Shown here: positions 8,906 to 16,603 of the stretch, piece after piece
Layout: the number at the start of each line of letters is the position of its first letter
Numbering within the stretch: the first letter of the stretch is position 1
From: Candidatus Fervidifonticultor quintus
GTDB taxonomy: Bacteria; Sysuimicrobiota; Sysuimicrobiia; Sysuimicrobiales; Humicultoraceae
Reading direction: 5' to 3'
Assembly (NCBI GenBank): GCA_031459535.1
Contig: JAVKIJ010000024.1
Location: 1-36,898, forward strand
DNA: 36,898 nucleotides
The notes under the pieces: generated by a model
The model's database searches: none
Seen by the model: the letters and a program-made list of their open reading frames with translations, nothing else
Told to the model about the DNA's origin: nothing
Position numbers and translations under genes: made by a program

Positions 8906-10117
8906 TCACATTTCTTTGCCGTATGGCAGTCCCGCCGGCAAGGCATGCGACGCTTCCACCCGCGGATGGAGCTTGACTGCCGCCCACCACCGAATCCACG
9001 GTCGGACAACCTCCATCGCCTCAGAAAAGGTCATACCCGGCGTATAGCCCAGCACGCGACGAGCCTTCTCGATGCTGTAAACGACTCGCATCGTGTACAC
9101 ATCCACGTCCGTCTGGGACAGCGCAAGGCCCTGCTCAACCACGCGCCCGGCCGCACCGCCACCCCGCCGCCTGGCGAGAAGGCGCCGAACGCTCGCTGAT
9201 GCCAGCGGCCGGATCCATCGCCATCCGCGGCCCGCAGGCGGAAAACCCGCCACTGCGCCCCACGCCCGTCGAGCCCACGGGCTCTGCTCCAGCCGCCACA
9301 GCACCCGTGACATCCGCTCACGCCGGGCGAGGAGAACCTCCTCCCGGGACCTCAGGGGGAGCGGCCAGAATCCCTCCCCGAGCGCGCGGGCATGCGCCTC
9401 GAGGAACGCCCCCCAGGTCTGCGGCTCGGCGTCGGACACGTGAAAGACGTCACCCACAGCATCATCGGTTTCAGCCGCCAGGAGCATGGCATCTACTAGA
9501 TTGTCTATGTACACGCAGTTGCAAATGCCGCGCCCGCCGTCCACGAGCACCAGGCGGCGACCGATGATGGACTCCACCGAGGTCTCGGTCAAGTTCGTAA
9601 ACGGCCCGTAGACCCACGTGGGCCGCAAGATGACCACGGGCAAGCCGTGTCTTCGATGATAGCGAAAGACAATCTTCTCGGCATCGATTTTGCCATCGCA
9701 GTATGGATGGCCGGTGTAGCGGTAGGGGCCCTCCTCGGTCGCCGCGCGTGGATCGGGGCGATAGCTGTAGACGGCCACACTGCTGAGATGCACGACCCGG
9801 TGCACGCCGACGTCCAAGGCTGCCTGCATCACGGCCCTGGTGCCGTGCGCATTGATTCGGCGGTGCTGCCGCCAAGGTACCCGTGTGTCGAGCGCGCAGT
9901 GGAAAATCACATCAACCCCATCCATCGCCGCGCGGAGCGCGCGGAGGTCCCCCATCTCCGCCCGCATGATGCGGATTGGCAGCCGGGCGAGCCGCGCGGC
10001 TCGCTCCCATGCCCGGACAACGCCCACCACCCGGAGGCCTCGGGCTGTGCCGATCTCGGCCAGGCGGCAGCCGACGGCGCCCGTTGCCCCAGTGATGAGA
10101 ACCGCTCGAGTGCCCAT
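8906..10117 (-). CDS. NAD-dependent epimerase/dehydratase (extended SDR), copy 2
   Basis: GATGAVG, HLSSVAVY, YCDGK (YxxxK), LRPTWVYGP. Confidence 0.9.
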   Translation of the reverse strand: MGTRAVLITGATGAVGCRLAEIGTARGLRVVGVVRAWERAARLARLPIRIMRAEMGDLRALRAAMDGVDVIFHCALDTRVPWRQHRRINAHGTRAVMQAALDVGVHRVVHLSSVAVYSYRPDPRAATEEGPYRYTGHPYCDGKIDAEKIVFRYHRRHGLPVVILRPTWVYGPFTNLTETSVESIIGRRLVLVDGGRGICNCVYIDNLVDAMLLAAETDDAVGDVFHVSDAEPQTWGAFLEAHARALGEGFWPLPLRSREEVLLARRERMSRVLWRLEQSPWARRAWGAVAGFPPAGRGWRWIRPLASASVRRLLARRRGGGAAGRVVEQGLALSQTDVDVYTMRVVYSIEKARRVLGYTPGMTFSEAMEVVRPWIRWWAAVKLHPRVEASHALPAGLPYGKEM

Positions 10118-10123
10118 GTGCCG

Positions 10124-11149
10124 CTACCGACCCGCTAGCGCCAGCAAGCCTGCGGGCAGCCACGGGTATCCCAGTGATCGCCGGCGGCCATAGCAGGTCT
10201 CAATCAACTCCAGCACCCGTACCGCCGCTTCCGCATCTGAGACCGGCTCGCCCGCCGCAGCTGCCGCCTTGAAGCTGCGGAGCTGCTCGGCAAACAGGTC
10301 GAGGGTGGACTGCCGTCCGCCGTCCAGCGCAAAGGCGTACTCGCCGTCATCTCCGACCTGCAACTGCACCTCCCCTTGCTTCGCCTGCAAACCATAACGC
10401 AACGAGAACTGCCGGCCCCGAAGCACGACCCAGTCGTGAAGCGGCCGGAGACGGCTCATCCTGACACGGACAGGCACGGAACCCTCTGGTCTTCGGGCGA
10501 CGAGTCTGAGATCACACTCGGCCTCCACGCCGCCCAACGAGTCATCGTAGTACTCCACAACGTCAAGCTTGCCAAGCCACCACGCCAGTAAGTCGAGCAC
10601 CAGCGTTCCGACATCCATCAGGATGCCGCCCCCAGCGTGTTCACGGTTCCAGCAGAAGCCAGAGGCCAGCGGCAGCGTGTCGGCGAAGTTGCCCTCCACG
10701 TGCACGGACTGCAGCGAACCGAGCCACCCGTCCTCCAGCACTCGTTTGACGGCTTGCGCGCCGCGGCAGAACCGGTAGGTCTGCGCCGCCTGCAAGACGA
10801 CCCCCTGGCGCCTGGCCGTTTCCACGACCTCCTGGGCTCCTGCAGCAGTCAGCGCCAGCGGCTTCTCCACCAGAACGGCCAGCCCTCGTTGTAGACACTC
10901 TACGGCCATGGGAGCATGTAGGTGGTGAGGCACCGCGATGAGAACACCGCCGACATCCTGCGGCAGCCGCCGGAGGTCGGTCAACACTGTCGGGACGGCG
11001 AACTGTCGCGCCAGGCGCTCGGCGCGGGCCATATCGATGTCCACCAGCGCCGTGACGTCGAGCCCGGCGACTGCCCGAGCGGCCACCAGGTACCCGTACT
11101 CCACGATGGCTCCGCAACCCACAATCGCCAATCGCAACGCGCGGCTCAC
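10124..11149 (-). CDS. Gfo/Idh/MocA oxidoreductase, copy 2
   Basis: AIVGCG, VLVEKPLA, GGGILMDVG. GTGA overlap with the upstream gene. Confidence 0.9.
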   Translation of the reverse strand: MSRALRLAIVGCGAIVEYGYLVAARAVAGLDVTALVDIDMARAERLARQFAVPTVLTDLRRLPQDVGGVLIAVPHHLHAPMAVECLQRGLAVLVEKPLALTAAGAQEVVETARRQGVVLQAAQTYRFCRGAQAVKRVLEDGWLGSLQSVHVEGNFADTLPLASGFCWNREHAGGGILMDVGTLVLDLLAWWLGKLDVVEYYDDSLGGVEAECDLRLVARRPEGSVPVRVRMSRLRPLHDWVVLRGRQFSLRYGLQAKQGEVQLQVGDDGEYAFALDGGRQSTLDLFAEQLRSFKAAAAAGEPVSDAEAAVRVLELIETCYGRRRSLGYPWLPAGLLALAGR

Positions 11150-13002
11150 TGGCAGCTGGCTCCCTGGCCTGTGAGAAAGAGATCACACCACACCGCGAAG
11201 GTCAGCAACGCCCAAATCGTCCAGCCGTGCTCGTCTTCGCCCAGGGCATGCCTGTCCACCAACCGACGGACGGCCTGCCCATCGAGCCCGGCCACATGAG
11301 CCAGCCGCGCCGGCTCCAGGCAATCGCTCGCCAGCGCCCTCAGCGGCCCCCGGAGCCAGACCCCTATGGGGATGGATTGGGCATACTTCGGGGCATAGGC
11401 TGCCCATGGCGGGAGCACCGTCGCCGCCAGTCGCCGCAGATCGTCCTTGTCGGCATATTGTCGCCTGAGCCGGGCGCTGAAGTCTGCGAGATCGTTGTCA
11501 AAATACGGATGGACCACGCGCAGTCGGTGCTCCCTGGCCCAGCACGCATACCAGCGCGACACATGTTCGGATCCATTGGTCGTCAGGCCCAGGTAGTCCA
11601 CCTGATCGCGGACGGTTTCGCCGTTCATCCACCGCACACTGCTGGCTAACAGGTCCTCGACGGCACGTCGGCTGGTCACGCACCGCCCGGGGTCCTGATA
11701 GAGCTGCCGGCGAACACTCTCCGGCGTGAACGCATATGTTACCAGAGGGCCGAGAAAGCGCTCGACCGCCGAGGCGGCCGCAAGATCCAGGAGACGCGCG
11801 GCGCCCCGCGCGCGCCTCGGTGAGGCGAGTCGCAGCAGGCCCGGCACGGTTGCACGCAGCGTTCCTCGCACCGGTGCCGGCAGCCACGCCAGCCGCTCTG
11901 CGTGGAGGAGCAGGGGGTGGCGGACGACGACCAGCGTGTGCGGGCCGTGGCCAGTCGCCAGCGTGCGAACGCCCGCCCGCACTACGTCCTCTAGCCAGAA
12001 GCTGTGCATGCCATAGGTGAAGGGCTCACCATACGCCCAGACCATGCGCCGTAAGTCTCGCGCCACCTCACCAGGGCCCACGATGATCTCGTGGTGAGGG
12101 ATCTCCAGGCTCCTGGCGATCCTTCCTGCCGTCTCATACTCGTTGTCGGGGCCCCGGTAGTCGAGATAACGCACGGTGAACGTCTCCACCGAAGCGTCGA
12201 CGAGTTTGCGCAACCCTGCGGCCACCAGTGCTGAGTCGACTCCGCCACCGATGAGGACGCCCACTCTCTCTCCGGGAATCGCACGGCGCGCCAACGCCCC
12301 CTCGAACAGGTCGCGCAACCGCCGTGTAACCTCGGGGGCACCCATGCGCCACTTGGGACGCCACGTTGGCCTCCAGTACGGCTCGACCACCGCATTAGCG
12401 CCACGATACCGCACGACGTGCCCCGGCGGGACTTTGCTGATCTCCCGGACGACGGTCCATGGGTTAGGAATATAGCCGGCCGTGAGGAAGAAATCCAGGG
12501 CCGCGATGTTGATGGTGCGTCCATCCACGCCAAGCAGCGGGCGAATGTCATCGCTCCAGATCACAAACCCATCGCGCTCGGTGTGGAACAACGGGACTTG
12601 ACCATACCGATCGCGGAATACCAGCAACGTGTCCCGTGTTGTATCCCAGATTACCAGGACACCGGCCCCATCTACGCGCCCGATCCCGGCAACCCCGTCG
12701 GCCTCGTACAGCGCCAGAATCATATCCGCCGGACCGGTCCCCGGCGGCGCCGCGACCATCTCGCTCAACTCTGACACGTTGTAGATGGCCCCCTCATACA
12801 GGGCAACCATGCCGTCGGGCCGGCGCGCCAAGCTGGCGGGCGTGGCGCCTCCGCTCCCGAGCAGCACGATCACGGTGGGGCGATCTCCGACAACGGCACA
12901 ACAGCGAACACCTGGCTCTCCCAGCGCCGTTTCCAGCGCTCGACCCAGCCGAGCCGCCAGCGCCGATGCGGCGCCGGATTCACGCGCTAGGATACCAACC
13001 AT
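11146..13002 (-). CDS. Asparagine synthetase (AsnB)-like protein with degenerate catalytic motifs
   Basis: GAIYN..EL, RDRYGQVPLF, KVPPGH, GGGVDS, EPF and WLRGPLR motifs. N-terminus is MVGI, with no catalytic Cys. Confidence 0.85.
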   Translation of the reverse strand: MVGILARESGAASALAARLGRALETALGEPGVRCCAVVGDRPTVIVLLGSGGATPASLARRPDGMVALYEGAIYNVSELSEMVAAPPGTGPADMILALYEADGVAGIGRVDGAGVLVIWDTTRDTLLVFRDRYGQVPLFHTERDGFVIWSDDIRPLLGVDGRTINIAALDFFLTAGYIPNPWTVVREISKVPPGHVVRYRGANAVVEPYWRPTWRPKWRMGAPEVTRRLRDLFEGALARRAIPGERVGVLIGGGVDSALVAAGLRKLVDASVETFTVRYLDYRGPDNEYETAGRIARSLEIPHHEIIVGPGEVARDLRRMVWAYGEPFTYGMHSFWLEDVVRAGVRTLATGHGPHTLVVVRHPLLLHAERLAWLPAPVRGTLRATVPGLLRLASPRRARGAARLLDLAAASAVERFLGPLVTYAFTPESVRRQLYQDPGRCVTSRRAVEDLLASSVRWMNGETVRDQVDYLGLTTNGSEHVSRWYACWAREHRLRVVHPYFDNDLADFSARLRRQYADKDDLRRLAATVLPPWAAYAPKYAQSIPIGVWLRGPLRALASDCLEPARLAHVAGLDGQAVRRLVDRHALGEDEHGWTIWALLTFAVWCDLFLTGQGASCQ

Positions 13003-13030
13003 GGTCTATGCTGTGCTGTCCGCGCTGCCC

Positions 13031-14818
13031 TCACGCGGACTTGCGCACCAGCATATTGCCCATCACGAGCAGGTCGAGCTCACTGGCCCGAAACGTCCGC
13101 ACAGCATCGGCAGGCGTCGACACGATAGGTTCGCCCCGAAGGTTGAAGCTGGTGTTCATCAACACCGGCACGCCGGTGGCCTGCCCGAAGCGCCGGACCA
13201 GCTCGTAGTAGAGCGGATTCCACTCCCGACGGATCGTCTGCAGCCTTCCCGTGCCCATGTGGCTCACCGCAGCGATCTGGTGGCATCGCCCGGGCCACAC
13301 CGGGCTGACGACCAGCATGAATCGTGGAGGGTACTGTCCGTCGATCTTCTGCAGATCGAAGAACTTCGGAGCCTCGTCCTCGATCACCACGGGCGCGAAC
13401 GGTCGAAACAGCTCCCGGAACTTGATCTTGGAGTTGACGATCTCCTTCATCTCCGGCCGGCGCGGGTCGGCAAGGATGGACCGGTTGCCCAGTGCCCTGG
13501 GGCCCCACTCGAACCGCCCCTGCGCGAGGCCCACCACCCGGCCTGCGACCAGTGCGTCCACCACCCGGTCGGCCAGCGCATCGAGATCGTCGAATTCCTC
13601 ATACGCGAATCCCGAGCCGTCCAGTGCCGCCCGGGCCTCGTCTTCTCCGAAGCCCTGACCATAGTACGCGTGCTCCATCACAAACTGCCGAGGCCGACCG
13701 AGGAGGACGTGCCAGCAGTAGAGCGCCGCGCCCAGCGCACCACCCGCATCACCGGCGTTGGGTTGAATATAGACCCGTTCAAACGGCGTCTCCCGCAGGA
13801 TCCGGCCATTCGCGACACTATTGAGTGCCACGCCGCCGGCCATGACCAGATCCTTCAACCCGGTGGTGCGGTGGAGATGCCGCACCATGCTCAGCAGGAT
13901 CTCTTCCGTGAGCCGTTGCACGCTGGCCGCCACGTCGGCGTAGTACTGGTTCTCCCGGGCCTCTCGCTCCCTGCCACCCAGGTCACCATCGGTCCGTACG
14001 GTAAAGAACGGACTCTCGGGGCGCCGCGGCGGGCCAAACAATTCCACAAACTTGGCGCTGTAGGTGTCCGTCAGCGAACGATGAAAGCTGAAGTAGTCCA
14101 TGTTGAGTCGAAAGCTGCCGTCCTCAAACACCCGAATGATCTTCTCCAGCCTGTCCATGTAGCGTGGCTCCCCGTAGGGTGCCATGCCCATGACCTTGTA
14201 CTCCCCGCTGTTCACCTTGAACCCGAGCCACGCCGTAAAGGCCGAATACAGGAGCCCCAGCGAGTGTGGGAACCGAATCTCGTGCGACAGCAGAATGGCG
14301 TTCCGTCTGCCGTCCCCCCAATTGGCGGTCGCGCGGCCCGTCGCAGCGGTGGTCCACTCTCCCACGCCATCGACCGTCAAGACCGCAGCCTCGGCAAAGG
14401 GCGAGCAGTACATGGCGCTGGCCGCGTGGCTGACATGGTGGTCCACGAAGAGCACGGCCTCGGGACGCACCTTCAGTCGGTCTATGAGCAGTGACTTGAG
14501 CCACAGTTTCTCGTTCAACCAGGCAATCATCGCCTCCCGGAACACCTGCCAGGAGCGCGGAAATGTGCTCAGGTGGCTCAGCAGGATCCGTTCGAACTTC
14601 GGCAAGGGCTTCTCATAGAAGACGACGTAGTCGAGGTCGCCGGCCGTGATGCCGGCCTCCCGCAGGCAGTACTGGACCGCGTGCACGGGCAGGCGATGAT
14701 CGTACTTGATCCGGGTGAACCGCTCCTCCTGAGCTGCGGCCACCAGATGCCCATCGCGCAGGAGCGCCGCAGCCGAGTCGTGGTAGAACGCAGAGATGCC
14801 CAGCACATACGTCGCCAT
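13031..14818 (-). CDS. O-carbamoyltransferase (NodU/CmcH/TobZ/SxtI family)
   Basis: LGISAFYHDSAAAL, EERFTRIK, HHVSH, DGVGE, EYKVMGMAPYG, GGVALN, GPRALGNRS, RPFAP, NTSFN. Start at ATG 14818. Confidence 0.96.
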   Translation of the reverse strand: MATYVLGISAFYHDSAAALLRDGHLVAAAQEERFTRIKYDHRLPVHAVQYCLREAGITAGDLDYVVFYEKPLPKFERILLSHLSTFPRSWQVFREAMIAWLNEKLWLKSLLIDRLKVRPEAVLFVDHHVSHAASAMYCSPFAEAAVLTVDGVGEWTTAATGRATANWGDGRRNAILLSHEIRFPHSLGLLYSAFTAWLGFKVNSGEYKVMGMAPYGEPRYMDRLEKIIRVFEDGSFRLNMDYFSFHRSLTDTYSAKFVELFGPPRRPESPFFTVRTDGDLGGREREARENQYYADVAASVQRLTEEILLSMVRHLHRTTGLKDLVMAGGVALNSVANGRILRETPFERVYIQPNAGDAGGALGAALYCWHVLLGRPRQFVMEHAYYGQGFGEDEARAALDGSGFAYEEFDDLDALADRVVDALVAGRVVGLAQGRFEWGPRALGNRSILADPRRPEMKEIVNSKIKFRELFRPFAPVVIEDEAPKFFDLQKIDGQYPPRFMLVVSPVWPGRCHQIAAVSHMGTGRLQTIRREWNPLYYELVRRFGQATGVPVLMNTSFNLRGEPIVSTPADAVRTFRASELDLLVMGNMLVRKSA

Positions 14819-14831
14819 GTTCAGCTCACCC

Positions 14832-15107
14832 TCAGAACTGTCGCCTAGCGCCGACGAGGGCGTCACTGGCCGGCGCCCGCGGTGTCCACGCCGAGTCCGA
14901 CGCGCGGGGTCGAAGCAAGAGCGGGTCCTTGGCGCGTGCCACAAGGCCCAATGGGAGCCCCAGCACGACATAGACCACGGTCAGCACCAGCCGCGCCTGA
15001 AACTCGCCGACCAGGGCGATGACTCCCAACCAGCTCCGCCACCACCGTCTGATCGGGTGCCATCCCTGGACGCCATCCGCCTTCGCTAATGCCACATGCC
15101 TGTCCAT
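14832..15107 (-). CDS. SxtJ-like small membrane protein
   Basis: 91 aa, hydrophobic LVLTVVYVVLGLPLGLV, DPL..S.W..R pattern, C-terminal RQF. RBS GGGGAG. Directly upstream of the carbamoyltransferase. Confidence 0.75.
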   Translation of the reverse strand: MDRHVALAKADGVQGWHPIRRWWRSWLGVIALVGEFQARLVLTVVYVVLGLPLGLVARAKDPLLLRPRASDSAWTPRAPASDALVGARRQF

Positions 15108-15161
15108 TGGTCTCCCCGGTCCTTCATGCAGTTGGGACTCTGCATCCGCAGCGAGTTGTTC

Positions 15162-16370
15162 CTACGCACGCAGGAACTCGTAGACTTCCGATAGGCTCCG
15201 CTGCAGAGAAAAAGCCGTCCGGGCTCGCCAGCGGCCGGCCTCGCCGAATTCAGCCCTCCTGGCCGGGGACCGAAGCAGGTCCGTCACCGCCGACGCCAGA
15301 CGCCCAGGATCCCCTGCAGGCACTAGCAGGCCGGTCTCTCCGTCGGAGACGGCCTCGGGTATACCCCCTACGGCCGAGGCCACCACCGGACGTCCTACAG
15401 CCATGGCCTCCAGAACAACCCGCGGCAGCGATTCCCACAAGGACGGAACCACTACCACGTCGCTGGCGCCCAGCAGGCGCGAGACGTCGTCGCGCGTCCC
15501 GAGAAAGCGCACGCGTTCCTGCAGCGCTCGCCGATGTGCTTCTGCTTCAATCGCCATGCGCAGGGGCCCGTCCCCGGCCAGCACCAGCACCGCCCCCGGA
15601 TACTGCCTCACGATCGCGGTCATGGCCTCCAGGAGGACTGCGTGTCCCTTCTCTGCTGTAAATCGCGCTACGCAGGCCACCACCAGGGCGTCGTCAGACA
15701 GACCGATCTCACGACGCAGCTCGGTTGTGCCGGTCACTGCAGCCGTCACCCGATCCACATCGATACCAAAGTGTACCGTCCGGGTCCGTTCGGGAGGGTA
15801 GGCATAGTGCCCCAGGCATAGTTCCCGAGTAGCGTTCGATGGCACAAGTATCCACCGTGCAATCCTCGCCGGAACTGTCCGCTTGAATCCCCTGCCGTCC
15901 CACCACCGTCTATCCGACCGCGGGCTGGCGTCGACCGCCATGGGTTGGTCCGAACCCCCGATGCCATTGAGTGGAGGGACAAAGTGCTCGTGCAGGATCA
16001 CCCTCGGCACCCTGGTCAGCCACGCGGCCGCAATGCCTGGGACCCCGTGGCCCATCGAGGGGCGGTTCACGTAGAGGACATCGGGCCGAACACGCGCCAG
16101 GTAAGCGGCGCACGCGAGGAACCGCCTGCGCCAGGAGACCTGGACCGATAGCGGGAGTCGGTCCACCGGTACGCCCGCGCTCCTCAGGCGTTCGGCCAGG
16201 GGCGTCACGGTTGCCCGGTCAGAGAGCACCGCCCGCGCACTCCACTGAGCCTGGCCGGCGTGCGCCGCAATCTGGGCGAGCACGTCCTCTGCGCCTCCGA
16301 TCCCGCTGCTATCAGTGAAGAACACGATGTGACGGCTCATCCGGTCAACCCACGGGCCCAGTCGCCGCAT
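15162..16370 (-). CDS. Glycosyltransferase family 4
   Basis: GIGGAE, VARFTAEKG, ESLPRVVLEAMA motifs. Start uncertain (16370 or 16340). Confidence 0.9.
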   Translation of the reverse strand: MRRLGPWVDRMSRHIVFFTDSSGIGGAEDVLAQIAAHAGQAQWSARAVLSDRATVTPLAERLRSAGVPVDRLPLSVQVSWRRRFLACAAYLARVRPDVLYVNRPSMGHGVPGIAAAWLTRVPRVILHEHFVPPLNGIGGSDQPMAVDASPRSDRRWWDGRGFKRTVPARIARWILVPSNATRELCLGHYAYPPERTRTVHFGIDVDRVTAAVTGTTELRREIGLSDDALVVACVARFTAEKGHAVLLEAMTAIVRQYPGAVLVLAGDGPLRMAIEAEAHRRALQERVRFLGTRDDVSRLLGASDVVVVPSLWESLPRVVLEAMAVGRPVVASAVGGIPEAVSDGETGLLVPAGDPGRLASAVTDLLRSPARRAEFGEAGRWRARTAFSLQRSLSEVYEFLRA

Positions 16371-16395
16371 CCCAGGCAGCGACGTCAGCCGTCCC

Positions 16396-16566
16396 CTAGA
16401 ACAGCGTGTAGATGAATGGGCCGAGCCCCGTGGCCGTGCCCAAGGCAATGAGCCCCGCAAACATCAACAGTACGACCAGCATGGGGACCAGCCACCACAA
16501 CTTGCGCTTCCACAGGAAGTACATCAACTCCACCAGCGTGGCCGCCACTCCCCGAAGCAACACCAT
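16396..16566 (-). CDS. DUF5989/SxtK-like membrane microprotein (56 aa)
   Basis: Not in ORF track (<60 aa). Manual translation: MVLLRGVAATLVELMYFLWKRKLWWLVPMLVVLLMFAGLIALGTATGLGPFIYTLF*. AGGAGG lies 7 nt upstream of ATG 16566 (alternative ATG 16572). Confidence 0.88.
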   Translation of the reverse strand: MVLLRGVAATLVELMYFLWKRKLWWLVPMLVVLLMFAGLIALGTATGLGPFIYTLF

Positions 16567-16603
16567 TGCCATCCCTCCTGTACCTCACACTTGGCTGCCG
16601 GAC

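Noticed and set aside
11146-13002. Lasso peptide cyclase (Cys-less AsnB homolog)
   Set aside because: No precursor peptide, B protease or RRE gene is seen, and neighbours are sugar enzymes.
12785-14494. 569-aa plus-strand ORF (likewise 20196..21506, 24754..26205, 33310..34503, 8049..9047)
   Set aside because: Antisense shadows of well-supported minus-strand genes in GC-rich DNA, with no family motifs.
15126-15145. Short hairpin ATGCAG-N8-CTGCAT before the SxtJ-like gene
   Set aside because: Only 6 bp with no U-tract, too weak to call a terminator or regulatory element.
16385-16588. 67-aa minus-strand ORF in the track
   Set aside because: Wrong frame. The overlapping 56-aa frame has the RBS and the recognisable WWLxP...PFIYTLF pattern.
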